Notes: generated by a model from the letters alone, not told the origin. 64,000 nucleotides of DNA from Bacillota bacterium (GCA_012840225.1 DULU01000088.1:6895-70894), one strand, 5' to 3'. Counted from the first letter of the stretch, positions 19,635 through 29,966 are shown. Numbers and translations are program-made.

Positions 19635-21017
19635 ATGGGTTTTATCTCTTTTGCCGATTCTTTGAGATTGTCCAGGGATGAGGCGAGGAAGCTCGCCCGC
19701 CAATATATCAACCCTGGTTTGGTAACCATGATGGGCTTGCTCAACTTCGACAAGCAGTTCACCAAAGCTCAGGGGGTAAGCGTGTGGGACAAGGACGGCC
19801 GGGAGTTCTTAGACTTTCTCGGCGGTTACGGCGCGCTGAATCTCGGGCACAATCCCCCGGAAGTGATAGAAGCCCTGCAAGCCGTCATGGAGCGGCCGAA
19901 CATCCTGCAGGTGACCATCAATCCGTTCGCCGCCGCGCTGGCAGCCAACCTGGCCGCTGTGACCCCAGGTGATCTGGAGCGGGTATTTTTCTGCAATTCA
20001 GGAACGGAAGCCGTAGAAGGAGCTTTGAAACTGGCCCGAGCCTATAGCCGGAAGCCGACCATTCTTTATATGGACGGTGCTTTTCACGGCAAGACGCTGG
20101 GCTCCTTATCCGTCTCCGGGCGGGAGAAATACCGTAAGCCCTTCCAGCCTCTGCTCAGCGGCTGTGAGCAGATTCCCTTCGGCGATGCGGCAGCCTTGGA
20201 GAAGCGCCTGCAGCAAGGCGATGTGGCGGCGGTGATTGTAGAGCCCATACAGGGCGAAAACGGCATCAAGGTGCCCCCGGACGGTTATCTGGCGACCATG
20301 CGGGAACTCTGCAACAAACATGAAGCATTGATGATCGCCGATGAAGTGCAGACCGGCTTTGGCAGGACCGGCAAACTATTCGGCTGCGAGCATGAGAATG
20401 TGGTGCCGGACATCATGTGCCTGGCCAAATCGCTCTCCGGCAGCATGGTGCCCATCGGTGCCGTTATCGCCCGGCCGACGGTTTGGGATAAAGTCTATGG
20501 AGGCATGGAGAACGCCACCCTGCACACCTCCACTTTTGGCGGCAACACCTTGGCTTGTGCCGCCGGATTGGCGGCCCTGGAGACGATCATAAATCGTCGC
20601 CTGCCGGAGAGGACGGCGGAGTTGGGCAACTATTTTCTGGAACAGACCAGAAAGCTGGCGGAACGTCATCCGGTCATCAAAGAGGTGCGCGGCCGCGGGC
20701 TCCTCATCGGCATCGAGTTCAAGGAAAGGGAAGGCCTGGCAGACAGGCTGACCGGCGGGAAGCTCAGCGAACTGGCGCGTGAATATTATGGCGCCATGGT
20801 GGCCGGCTCTCTGTTGAACGACGAGCAGGTGATCACCGTCTTCACCCTCAACAATCCCAACGTTATTCGCCTGGAGCCGCCCCTCATCGTCACCAAGGAA
20901 CAGATCGACCAGGTGCTGGCCGCCCTGGACAGAGCGTTGGGGAAGACCGGCTCGCTGACCAAAGCAGCTCTCACCACCGCCAAATCCATGTTTTCCGGGC
21001 TTTTAAAAAGAAATTAA
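19635..21017 (+). CDS. Class III PLP aminotransferase (putrescine/ornithine aminotransferase-like)
   Basis: NSGTEAVE, FHGKT, DEVQTGFGRTG, AKSLSG, HTSTFGGN. Confidence 0.9.
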   Translation: MGFISFADSLRLSRDEARKLARQYINPGLVTMMGLLNFDKQFTKAQGVSVWDKDGREFLDFLGGYGALNLGHNPPEVIEALQAVMERPNILQVTINPFAAALAANLAAVTPGDLERVFFCNSGTEAVEGALKLARAYSRKPTILYMDGAFHGKTLGSLSVSGREKYRKPFQPLLSGCEQIPFGDAAALEKRLQQGDVAAVIVEPIQGENGIKVPPDGYLATMRELCNKHEALMIADEVQTGFGRTGKLFGCEHENVVPDIMCLAKSLSGSMVPIGAVIARPTVWDKVYGGMENATLHTSTFGGNTLACAAGLAALETIINRRLPERTAELGNYFLEQTRKLAERHPVIKEVRGRGLLIGIEFKEREGLADRLTGGKLSELAREYYGAMVAGSLLNDEQVITVFTLNNPNVIRLEPPLIVTKEQIDQVLAALDRALGKTGSLTKAALTTAKSMFSGLLKRN

Positions 21018-21131
21018 ACGAAACCGGCCGCAACAATCAGCGGAAGAGAAGCGTGGAAGAGAAGTATAGTATAATTATTATCAACACAAGTAATGGTACA
21101 AGCTACCGCCAAAAGAAAATGGAGGGTTCTC

Positions 21132-22877
21132 TTGGGCTTATTTAAAGCGAAAATCGCGGAACTGATCAAAGAGAAGCTGCCGCCGGCGAGCCCGGGCCTG
21201 GATCCGGATGAGGTGGCCCTTGGCGACCTCCTGGAAGCACCCCCGGATCCGGCTTACGGCGATATGGCTTTTCCCACCTTCAGCCTGGCCCGCACATTTA
21301 GGCGAGCGCCGGCGAAAATCGCCGCCGATCTGGCGGCTGAGATCAACAGGGCGCGGCCGGACTGGCTGGAGAAAGTGGAAGCGCTGAACGGCTATGTGAA
21401 CTTCACCCTCAACAAGCCGCTCGCCGCCCGCTCCGTCCTCACCGCCATCAAGAGCGAAGGTCGGCGCTACGGTTCTTCAGGTGCCGGACAGGGCAGGAAA
21501 GTAGTTATAGATTTCTCTTCACCCAACATCGCCAAGCCTTTTGCCGTCAACCTGCTGCGCACCACCGTCCTCGGTCAGGCCTTGTCCCGGCTTTATGCCT
21601 TCCAGGGTTATGAAGTGGTGCGGGTGAATCACCTGGGGGACTGGGGCACGCAAAACGGGCAGTGGATCGTGGGCTACCGCCTGTGGGGCGATGAAGCGGC
21701 TCTGGCTGCCAATCCGATCAAGGAATTGCTGCGGCTTTATATCCGCTTCCACGAAGAAGCGGAAAAGCATCCGGAACTGGAGGATCAGGCCAGGGAGGCT
21801 TTCCATCTCCTGGAGCAGGGCGACCCCGAAGCGCTGGCCTTATGGAAAAGATTCCGCCACCTCTCCATTGAAGAGTTCAAAAGGGTGTATGCCCGCATGG
21901 GCATCGAATTTGATTCCTATGCCGGAGAAGCCTTCTATTCGGACAAAATGGAACCGGTGATCCGGCTTCTGCAGGAGAAAGGCATGCTGGTCGAGAGCGA
22001 AGGAGCGACGGTTGCTCCCCTTGATGAATATAATCTGCCTCCCTGCCTGATCCTGAAGAGCGACGGCTCCACCCTTTATCCCACGCGGGACCTGGCGGCC
22101 GCCTTATATAGATGGGAGCAATATCAACCTGCCTTGGTCCTCTATGTGGTCGATGTGCGCCAGTCGCTCCATTTCCAGCAGATTTTCACCGTGCTGAAAA
22201 AAGCCGGCATGTCCTGGGTGGATCGTTATGAGCACATCGCCTACGGTTTGATAAAATTCCAAGACATGATCATGTCCACCCGCAAAGGCGCCATCGTCTT
22301 CCTGGAGGATGTGCTGGACGAGGCGGCCAATCGCTCGCTGGAGATCATCAAGGAACGCAACCCGGATCTGCCCGACAAGGAAAAAGTAGCCGAGCAGGTC
22401 GGCATCGGCGCCATCATCTTTCGCTTTCTCATCTACAGCCGGCTGAAGGAGATCTCTTTCGATTGGCAGACCGCCTTAAGCTTCGACGGCGACACCGGTC
22501 CCTATGTGCAATATACCTATGCCAGGCTGTGCAGCATCCTGCGCAAAGCAGGCACCGAGGGAGTAGATGTGGAAAAGATTGGAGAGGATCCATCCTGCCT
22601 TTGCTTTGAAAAACTGTCCGCCCCTGAAGAGGCCGCGCTGATTTTCGAACTGGAACGGTTTCCCGACGTCTTAATACAATGTGAAGCCGGCCGGGATCCC
22701 GTAGCCTTAGCCCGCTATCTTCTGGAGCTTTGCCGCGTGTTCAACGGTTACTATCACCAGCACCGGGTGATGGGCAGCGACGCTATGGCCGAGCGTTTGT
22801 TCCTCCTGGCGGGGGTGCGCACCGTCTTGCAAAATGGTCTCTATCTGTTAGGTATGTCGGCCCCTGAGGAGATGTAA
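21132..22877 (+). CDS. argS: Arginine--tRNA ligase (degenerate HIGH motif)
   Basis: SSPNIAKPF, NHLGDWGTQ, MSTRKG, GDTGPYVQYTYAR, C-terminal APEEM; RBS GGAGGG before TTG. Confidence 0.9.
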   Translation: MGLFKAKIAELIKEKLPPASPGLDPDEVALGDLLEAPPDPAYGDMAFPTFSLARTFRRAPAKIAADLAAEINRARPDWLEKVEALNGYVNFTLNKPLAARSVLTAIKSEGRRYGSSGAGQGRKVVIDFSSPNIAKPFAVNLLRTTVLGQALSRLYAFQGYEVVRVNHLGDWGTQNGQWIVGYRLWGDEAALAANPIKELLRLYIRFHEEAEKHPELEDQAREAFHLLEQGDPEALALWKRFRHLSIEEFKRVYARMGIEFDSYAGEAFYSDKMEPVIRLLQEKGMLVESEGATVAPLDEYNLPPCLILKSDGSTLYPTRDLAAALYRWEQYQPALVLYVVDVRQSLHFQQIFTVLKKAGMSWVDRYEHIAYGLIKFQDMIMSTRKGAIVFLEDVLDEAANRSLEIIKERNPDLPDKEKVAEQVGIGAIIFRFLIYSRLKEISFDWQTALSFDGDTGPYVQYTYARLCSILRKAGTEGVDVEKIGEDPSCLCFEKLSAPEEAALIFELERFPDVLIQCEAGRDPVALARYLLELCRVFNGYYHQHRVMGSDAMAERLFLLAGVRTVLQNGLYLLGMSAPEEM

Positions 22878-22906
22878 AGCCGGCGGTCTTCTGGAGGTAG
22901 TAGCCG

Positions 22907-24112
22907 ATGACCTTTGGACTGGGATTTATTGCTCTCCTTTTAGCTGTAGGGGGGTTTGCGGCCTATCAGGGCGACCGCGTCGGCATGCTGGCCGGGCGGC
23001 GCCGCGTCATGCTTTTCGGCCTCAGACCCCGCTATACGGCCAGGGTCATCACCGTCATCACCGGCATCATCATCGTTTTGATCACCATGGTCAGCATGTT
23101 GCTGTTGAGCAGCAACATGCGCCAGGCCCTTTTCGGACTGGATGAGCTGCGCCAGGCGGTGACCACCCTTTCAGAGGAAGTAGCGGCCAAGAACGACGAT
23201 CTGTCCCAACTGGAACGGCAACGGCTGCAATTGATCGCCAACATCTCCGAGCTGCAAAAAGAGAACGAAGCGCTTGAGGCGCAAAACAAAGAGTGGAAAG
23301 ACAGCAACGATCAACTGAAAAAGGAAAACGCCGGCCTGGTGGAAGAGAGAAACAGGCTGATCGAAGAGCGCGATCGGCTTGAGGAAGAGCGCAAACAATA
23401 TGAGATGCGCACCAAGAGTTTGCTGAATATAGGCAACTTGCTTTATGGACAGCAATTGTGGCTGAGGCAGGCCAGTATCCGCTATCACAGAGGTGATGTG
23501 CTGGCGAGTTGCGTGGTGGATACCGGATTGTCCGCCGCCGAATTGCTCGCCACACTAAATGCCCTGGTGGCCGAAGCTGATGAAAAGGTGCGGCAAGCCG
23601 ATCCCGACACCCCGGGCTTGAAAGTGGAAGCCTACATACCCAATCAGGGAATCGTGGAATCCGAGGTGTTGATCGGGGCAGCGGTGCAGGCCATCCGCAA
23701 TGCTGCCGCTGCCGATCCCGAACTGCAAAGCGTCATCGTGCAGCTGCGCGTCTCGATGAACGCGGCCTCCGGGGAAGCGGTCAGTGCCGATTTCGATCTC
23801 ATCCGCAACGTGAAAGTCTATAATGCCGGCGATGTAGTGCTCAGGCGGGTTTTTGACGGCCGCATGAGCCCACCGGAAATATTTGAGGAATTTTACCTAT
23901 TTATATCCACCCAGGTGCGCCAGGCGGTGATAGAAAAGGGCCTGCTTCCCCTGGATGCCAGAAATGACGGCGTATCGCTTTCCGACGCTTATATGATCGT
24001 GGAACAGATCGCCGCCCAAAACCGCTCCGTGGAGCTGATCGCCTACGCCAAGCGGGACTGCTGGACCATGGGCCCCCTGGAGCTGGCTTTCCGCCTGCAA
24101 CCGGTCCATTAG
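22907..24112 (+). CDS. DUF3084-domain membrane coiled-coil protein
   Basis: GGFAAYQGDRVG...GRRRVMLFGLRPRYTA N-terminus followed by a long coiled coil. Confidence 0.85.
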   Translation: MTFGLGFIALLLAVGGFAAYQGDRVGMLAGRRRVMLFGLRPRYTARVITVITGIIIVLITMVSMLLLSSNMRQALFGLDELRQAVTTLSEEVAAKNDDLSQLERQRLQLIANISELQKENEALEAQNKEWKDSNDQLKKENAGLVEERNRLIEERDRLEEERKQYEMRTKSLLNIGNLLYGQQLWLRQASIRYHRGDVLASCVVDTGLSAAELLATLNALVAEADEKVRQADPDTPGLKVEAYIPNQGIVESEVLIGAAVQAIRNAAAADPELQSVIVQLRVSMNAASGEAVSADFDLIRNVKVYNAGDVVLRRVFDGRMSPPEIFEEFYLFISTQVRQAVIEKGLLPLDARNDGVSLSDAYMIVEQIAAQNRSVELIAYAKRDCWTMGPLELAFRLQPVH

Positions 24113-24158
24113 GCCGGTCCATCAGGGTGGAAAAACTGCAAATTCTGCATGGGAAGGT

Positions 24159-24626
24159 GTGCCTTTGTCCGCCAACAAGCGTCCGCATTGGGATGAGTAC
24201 TTTCTCGCCATGGCCCGTCTGGCCTCAAAACGCTCCACCTGCCCCCGACGCCGGGTGGGTGCGGTGCTGGTGAAGGAACACCGGGTGCTCGCCACCGGGT
24301 ATAACGGTTCGGTGAGAGGAGCGCCGCACTGCCTGGATGTCGGCTGCCTCCTGGTGACGAAGGAAGGACGCCAGTCCTGCGCCAGGGCGGTGCATGCCGA
24401 ACTGAACGCCATCCTGCAATGCGCCCTGAACGGGGTGAGCAGCAACGGTGCCGTGTTATACTGCACCGATTTCCCCTGCAGCGACTGCGCCAAAGCGTTA
24501 GTACAAGCCGGAGTGAAGCGGGTGGTCTACCTCGCCGACTATCCCGACAAAAATTCCAGCCTGATCCTGAATGAAGCCGGCATCACTCTGGAAAAAGCTG
24601 CCGAACCGCAACTTCTGGATAACTGA
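24159..24626 (+). CDS. dCMP deaminase (ComEB-like)
   Basis: RPHWDEYF, RSTC, TGYNG, HAELNA, PCSDC. Confidence 0.92.
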   Translation: MPLSANKRPHWDEYFLAMARLASKRSTCPRRRVGAVLVKEHRVLATGYNGSVRGAPHCLDVGCLLVTKEGRQSCARAVHAELNAILQCALNGVSSNGAVLYCTDFPCSDCAKALVQAGVKRVVYLADYPDKNSSLILNEAGITLEKAAEPQLLDN

Positions 24627-24724
24627 GATACTGAATAAAATGGCACGAGTACCTCCAGTTGCCGGCGGGCGGGCAAAGGAGTGCCTCTCCGGGTGGCGAA
24701 AAGGAAGAGATGGAGGGATGCCGT

Positions 24725-25522
24725 GTGGCGAGAGCGAGAGCGAACGCAAGAACAAGAGCGAGAGAAGACCGCAACAGAAAAAGCATCATCACAGCAGTGC
24801 TGGCCATTATAGGCATTATCATTGTGGGCGGCGGCATTTATTTGTGGCAGGTAGGTGGCGACCCGGTGCAGAAAGCCAAAGCCGATGTGCGGCGGCACCG
24901 TTTTGAGCGCGCCGTTGAGCTGCTCGGTGAGGCGGAAAAGGCCGACGGTCCCATCCTGGCCACCAGAATGGCTCTGCTTGTCGGCTTGGTCGGCGCCGAT
25001 GCCCAAATGCAGCAGGAATTGCAAAACATAGAGAACAAAACCCGCGGGATCCTGGAAGACAGCAAAGCCCTGGAAGAAGGCAAGGCGGTCAGCTTCAATC
25101 GGCTCTATAAAAACCGCCAACTTCTGGAGAAACTGGCCGGTGAATTCCGGCGGCAGTATGTGTCCGGAGAGGCGATCAGCACGCCCTGGGACGACGGGGT
25201 ATTGCCCTTTAGAATCAATGTGCGCGCCTTGGAGTCGGCGCTGCAATCCCTGGACAACGGCAACATAAGCGAGAAATATCTCAACACCTTAACCAGCAGC
25301 CTGCAGACCATCGGTGTCTTCCAGGTACTGCAAACCCTGTTGGGCGGCACCGAGCAAGCCGTCCCCCTGAACGGCACATATAAAACCGCCACACTTTTGT
25401 ATTACATCGGCGCCCGGGTGGAAAACAGCGAACTAAAAACCTGGTATATGGAGGAAGTGGCCAAGCTAACCACAGAGGACGAGGAAGTAGGCCGGCTGGC
25501 AAGGCAATTTCTGAAACAGTGA
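24725..25522 (+). CDS. Hypothetical protein with one N-terminal TM helix
   Basis: Long ORF in operon context; basic N-terminus then hydrophobic helix; start uncertain (24710 or 24725). Confidence 0.7.
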   Translation: MARARANARTRAREDRNRKSIITAVLAIIGIIIVGGGIYLWQVGGDPVQKAKADVRRHRFERAVELLGEAEKADGPILATRMALLVGLVGADAQMQQELQNIENKTRGILEDSKALEEGKAVSFNRLYKNRQLLEKLAGEFRRQYVSGEAISTPWDDGVLPFRINVRALESALQSLDNGNISEKYLNTLTSSLQTIGVFQVLQTLLGGTEQAVPLNGTYKTATLLYYIGARVENSELKTWYMEEVAKLTTEDEEVGRLARQFLKQ

Positions 25523-25567
25523 TCAGCACCGCCGGTGCGGCGCGACGCAAATAAAAAGGAGAGCGCA

Positions 25568-26089
25568 ATGGGCATACTGAGACGCATCGGAAGCGAGGCC
25601 ATGTCTTCCTTTTTTCTGGCCGGTTTGTCCCTTTTCTTATGGCATGGAATAATGCCGCGCCTCGCAGGGGTAGGTATTGCCATCCCTCGTTCCGGCGCCG
25701 GCGGCCTTATCATCACCCTCCTGGTGGTGGCGGCCACCTATTATCTCTTGCTCACACTGGCTTTATATATCACCCGCGCCCTCAACCCCGACATCAACGC
25801 CATCTCCACAGCGTACATAGGCGGCTGGTGGATCGTCGCCCTGACGGCTTTTCTGGGCGTTTTCGATCCTGTTTTTGAAGATATCTTAGGACTGCCCATG
25901 TCGACCCGAGCCACGCAGTTTCTGTTCCTCACCCTGGCGGTAGGCCTGCTCAGGTTCTGGCGGGAAGCGATTATCAGGCGGCGGGTCATGCAGTGGGAAC
26001 AACAATCGGCGGCCGCTGGGCCGTCCGGTCGACTACCGGAAAAACTCGCTGCCGATCCCGACAATCCGGCGAATGCAAAGGAGGCCTGA
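25568..26089 (+). CDS. Hypothetical integral membrane protein (about 4 TM)
   Basis: Hydrophobic segments; RBS AAGGAG. Confidence 0.7.
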   Translation: MGILRRIGSEAMSSFFLAGLSLFLWHGIMPRLAGVGIAIPRSGAGGLIITLLVVAATYYLLLTLALYITRALNPDINAISTAYIGGWWIVALTAFLGVFDPVFEDILGLPMSTRATQFLFLTLAVGLLRFWREAIIRRRVMQWEQQSAAAGPSGRLPEKLAADPDNPANAKEA

Positions 26090-26090
26090 A

Positions 26091-26693
26091 TTGCCTGGGC
26101 TGGGTATAGAGGAGATAGTGGCTTTTTTGTTGGCCATTACCGTTCATGAGCTGGCACATGCCGTCGTGGCCGTGAAGTTGGGCGACCCTACGCCGCGCCT
26201 GGAGGGCCGGCTGACTTTAAATCCCCTCAAGCACCTGTCGCTCACCGGCACCTTGATGCTCATTCTGGCCGGCATCGGCTGGGCTAAACCTGTGCAGGTG
26301 AACCCCGGCTACTTCCGCCGACCCATGAGGGACATGATGTGGGTGAGCCTGGCCGGACCCGGCATGAATCTCCTTACGGCCGTAGTCTTGGCCCTCTTGT
26401 TCAGATCGACGATGGATCTCTTCCGTGACGTGCCCGGAAGCATGTGGCTGATCCGCTTCTTAGCTGTCGCGGTGACCCTCAATGTCTTGCTGGCTTTCTT
26501 TAATCTGATACCAATACCTCCCCTGGACGGTGCCAAGATTATCACCAACTTTCTGCCGGCAGGCACCGCCTACCGGCTGAAGCAGATCGAGCCCTGGGGC
26601 TTTCTGATCATCCTGGTGCTGTTGCAATATGGGGGGCTGAGCAACTTCCTGCACTGGCTGACGCTGACCACCGTGCGCCGGCTGATAGCTTGA
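26091..26693 (+). CDS. Site-2 protease family (M50) metallopeptidase
   Basis: HELAH, AGPGMN, FNLIPIPPLDG; RBS AAGGAGG before TTG. Confidence 0.92.
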   Translation: MPGLGIEEIVAFLLAITVHELAHAVVAVKLGDPTPRLEGRLTLNPLKHLSLTGTLMLILAGIGWAKPVQVNPGYFRRPMRDMMWVSLAGPGMNLLTAVVLALLFRSTMDLFRDVPGSMWLIRFLAVAVTLNVLLAFFNLIPIPPLDGAKIITNFLPAGTAYRLKQIEPWGFLIILVLLQYGGLSNFLHWLTLTTVRRLIA

Positions 26694-26715
26694 TCCTTTG
26701 ATCCCGGAGGGATGA

Positions 26716-27201
26716 ATGATGTGCGTCGCATTGGCGGAAGAAGTGGCGTTATTGCTGAACAGGCGCGAAGAGACGATTGCGGTGGCGGAATCCTGCACCG
26801 GAGGATTGCTGGCCCACTGCTTGACCAATATCCCCGGCAGTTCCGCCTATTTCAGGCGGGGCTGGGTGGTATATAGCAACGAGGCCAAAACTGCCGAGCT
26901 GGGCGTGCCCAGCGCTCTGATCGCTGCCCACGGAGCAGTGAGCGCCGAGGTGGCGGCGTCTATGGCCGGCGGCGCCAGATGGCACGACGGCAGCACATAT
27001 GCCCTGGCCATTACCGGTATTGCCGGACCGGGCGGCGGAACACCGGAAAAGCCGGTCGGCACCACCTATATCGCCCTGGCCGGTCCGGCGGGCACCAAGG
27101 TGCAAAAACATGTTTTTGTCGGGGAGCGGCTGGAAGTAAAAGCAAGCGCCGTCAAAGCGGCTTTGTGGCTGCTTAAGAAAGAACTGCTGGCACAGAACTA
27201 A
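26716..27201 (+). CDS. pncC: Nicotinamide-nucleotide amidase (CinA C-terminal domain only)
   Basis: AESCTGG, GSSAYF, YSNEAK, GAVS, TGIAGPGGG. Confidence 0.88.
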   Translation: MMCVALAEEVALLLNRREETIAVAESCTGGLLAHCLTNIPGSSAYFRRGWVVYSNEAKTAELGVPSALIAAHGAVSAEVAASMAGGARWHDGSTYALAITGIAGPGGGTPEKPVGTTYIALAGPAGTKVQKHVFVGERLEVKASAVKAALWLLKKELLAQN

Positions 27202-27216
27202 GGTTCGTTATATAAT
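27194..27216 (+). promoter_or_regulatory. LexA (SOS/Cheo) box next to the -10 of the thpR-recA-recX promoter
   Basis: AGAAC-TAAG-GTTCG (27194-27207), then TATAAT at 27211-27216. Confidence 0.75.
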
Positions 27217-27242
27217 GGACATGAGAAGGAAGGCGCGCATTC

Positions 27243-27845
27243 ATGTCGAATCCATCCATGCCGGCCGTGCCTATGGAAACGTGGCGTGTTTTTGTGGCTG
27301 TGCCTTTGAGCGATGAGGCGGTGCATCAGCTGACTTCCCTCATGTCGGAAGCCAAGGGCTTTTCCGGTCCGGGCGTCAGGTGGACGGGGGAAGGCAATCT
27401 GCATCTGACGCTGCGCTTTTTGGGTGAGGTGCCGGTGAAGCAGCTGGATCTCATCAAAAAGGCCTGCCAGGCGGCGGCGGATAGTTGTCAGGTTCTCCAT
27501 CTCTCGCTCTCCGGGACGGGAGCTTTCCCAAGTTGGCGGCGGCCGCGGGTGCTGTGGGCCGGTATAGGCGGCGAGGTCCCGCAGTTGACCGCACTGGTCG
27601 CCAGGCTGGAGCGGGAGCTGGAAAGCTTGGTCCCGCCTCCGGACAAGCCGTTCGCTCCCCATGTGACGATAGCCCGCTGCCGGGAATGTCCACCGGCACT
27701 CAGCAGTTTTTGGCAGAAGGCTGGATCCCGGCTGGAGCTGCCGTTTCCGGCCGAAAAAATTATCCTCTTCCGCAGCCGGCTTTTGCCCGGCGGGGCGAAA
27801 TATACACCGCTTTTCACAGCCCAACTCGCTCCTCCTTCCGCATGA
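27243..27845 (+). CDS. thpR: RNA 2',3'-cyclic phosphodiesterase (2H family)
   Basis: Two HxT motifs (HLTLRFLG, PHVTIAR); directly upstream of recA. Confidence 0.92.
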   Translation: MSNPSMPAVPMETWRVFVAVPLSDEAVHQLTSLMSEAKGFSGPGVRWTGEGNLHLTLRFLGEVPVKQLDLIKKACQAAADSCQVLHLSLSGTGAFPSWRRPRVLWAGIGGEVPQLTALVARLERELESLVPPPDKPFAPHVTIARCRECPPALSSFWQKAGSRLELPFPAEKIILFRSRLLPGGAKYTPLFTAQLAPPSA

Positions 27846-27869
27846 GGGATATAGAAAGAAGGAAGCGCT

Positions 27870-28904
27870 ATGTCGATGGATGAAAAGCAAAAAGCATTGG
27901 AAATGGCCTTGTTGCAGATAGAGAAAGCCCATGGTAAGGGGTCGATCATGCGCCTCGGGGAGGCGGCACACACTAATGTCGACGTGATTCCCACCGGTGC
28001 GCTCACTTTGGATATCGCGTTGGGGGTGGGCGGTATCCCCCGCGGCCGGGTGATAGAAATCTACGGTCCGGAGTCATCCGGAAAGACCACCCTGGCCTCC
28101 CACATCATGGCCGAAGCGCAAAAGGCCGGCGGCATCGCCGCCATGATCGACGTCGAACATGCCCTGGATCCGATTTACGCCAAAAGGCTGGGGGTAGACA
28201 TCGAGAACCTCCTGATCTCCCAGCCGGACAACGCCGAAAGCGCCCTGGAAATCGCCGAGGCCTTGGTGAGGAGCAACGCCGTGGATTGCGTGGTGATCGA
28301 CTCGGTAGCCGCCCTGGTACCTCGGGCCGAGATAGAAGGGGAGATGGGCGATGCCCATGTGGGCTTGCAGGCCCGCCTGATGTCGCAGGCCTTGCGCAAG
28401 CTCACCGGGGCCATCAGCAAATCCAAAACGGCGGTCATCTTCACCAACCAACTGCGGGAGAAAGTCGGGGTGATGTTCGGCTCGCCGGAGACCACTCCCG
28501 GTGGACGGGCTTTGAAATTCTATGCTTCGATACGCATGGAAGTCCGCCGGGTGGAATCGCTGAAGCAAGGCAATGATGTGGTCGGCATCAGGGTGCGCGT
28601 CAAAGTGGTCAAAAACAAAGTGGCCCCGCCTTTCAGAGAAGCCGAATTCGACATCCTTTATAACCAGGGCGGCATATCCAACGAGGGTTGCATCCTGGAA
28701 GTGGCTTCCGCTCTGGATATCGTCCAGAAAAGCGGTGCCTGGTTCTCCTTCGGCGAGACCAGACTGGGTCAGGGAAGGGAAAACACCCGGGATTTCCTGA
28801 GGCAGAACCCGGAGTTGACCAGAGAAATCGAACGCCTGGTGCGCCAGCGCCTTGGTCTGCAGATGCCGGGCTACCGTAATCTGGAAGAAAAAGCCGGTGG
28901 CTGA
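27870..28904 (+). CDS. recA: Recombinase A
   Basis: [35 protein letters not shown]. Confidence 0.99.
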   Translation: MSMDEKQKALEMALLQIEKAHGKGSIMRLGEAAHTNVDVIPTGALTLDIALGVGGIPRGRVIEIYGPESSGKTTLASHIMAEAQKAGGIAAMIDVEHALDPIYAKRLGVDIENLLISQPDNAESALEIAEALVRSNAVDCVVIDSVAALVPRAEIEGEMGDAHVGLQARLMSQALRKLTGAISKSKTAVIFTNQLREKVGVMFGSPETTPGGRALKFYASIRMEVRRVESLKQGNDVVGIRVRVKVVKNKVAPPFREAEFDILYNQGGISNEGCILEVASALDIVQKSGAWFSFGETRLGQGRENTRDFLRQNPELTREIERLVRQRLGLQMPGYRNLEEKAGG

Positions 28905-29716
28905 TGCCGATGACCGAGAATAACAGGGCAATTACCGTGTCGGCCGTTAAAAAAGCCCGGCGCTGGCCCGGCTCCTATCAGGTCAGCCTGTCGGAGGGCA
29001 AAGCTTTTATCTGCCCCGACGAGGTGTTGGTGCGCTGGCAGCTCTCCACAGGGAAGGAGATCGGCGCCGGGCTCTTGCCGCAGCTTTTGGTGGAAGCGGC
29101 CGCCGTTTTGGCCAAGCATGAGGCGGCGCGCCTATTGGCTCGGGGCGAGAAGTCCGGCGCCGAACTTTTGTCGGCTTTGATCAGAAAAGGCATCGAGGCG
29201 ACAGCGGCCCGGGAAGCCGTCCAATATATGGTCAAAATGGGATATATTAATGATGAGGTCTACGCCCGCAACTTGGTCGCCCGCCTGAAACAGCGCTCCG
29301 GCTTCGGAGCCGCCGCCGTTTATGAACAGCTGCTCAGGAAAGGCGTGGAACGTACCCTGGCCAAAGAAGCGGTGGAGCGCGGCTTTACAGAAGAGGACGA
29401 GCGGCGCATCGCCTGGCAGATGGTCAAAAAGCGCCTGCGGCAGAGCCGCCGCTCGCACTCCAATCAGGAGCAGCTCTCGAGCCGGGAGCAGCTCTCGGGC
29501 CGGGAGCTGCAGCAGTTGGCCGCCTATCTTTACCGGCGCGGTATGGAGAGCGCCACCATCGAATGGTGCCTGGAGCGCCTAAAAAAAGAGGAGACGGATG
29601 CTTTCAGCGCCGGTCCGGATGACGACGACATCTACGGCCACGGCAACGGCAACGGCGCCGACCTGGGCGACGACGGTGACGGCAGGTACATTGACAGTGG
29701 TACTCAAGATAGATAG
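28904..29716 (+). CDS. recX: Regulatory protein RecX (with acidic C-terminal extension)
   Basis: Follows recA; GYINDEVYA, LLRKGV and YLYRRG three-helix repeats. Confidence 0.85.
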   Translation: MPMTENNRAITVSAVKKARRWPGSYQVSLSEGKAFICPDEVLVRWQLSTGKEIGAGLLPQLLVEAAAVLAKHEAARLLARGEKSGAELLSALIRKGIEATAAREAVQYMVKMGYINDEVYARNLVARLKQRSGFGAAAVYEQLLRKGVERTLAKEAVERGFTEEDERRIAWQMVKKRLRQSRRSHSNQEQLSSREQLSGRELQQLAAYLYRRGMESATIEWCLERLKKEETDAFSAGPDDDDIYGHGNGNGADLGDDGDGRYIDSGTQDR

Positions 29717-29719
29717 AAT
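29691..29719 (+). promoter_or_regulatory. sigmaA promoter of rny
   Basis: TTGACA-N17-TAGAAT. Confidence 0.75.
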
Positions 29720-29966
29720 TAATGAAGGGTAAATAGCCCTCGCGGCGGTGCGGTCCCGGTGGTTTGTTCCCGATGGTGCGCCGGTAGATAGTGGTTCCCA
29801 TCCGGGTTTGCATATATGATTTAAATATGTGGTCATGAAAAGACCGAGTAAGTAAAATGCTCGGTCTTCCTCTTAATCACAAGCACACAGATCACCCTCT
29901 GGCCCGATACTGACCGCAATCATACGCATGCAAAGAATCACTGTTACAGGTCGTAAAAAGAAGGGG

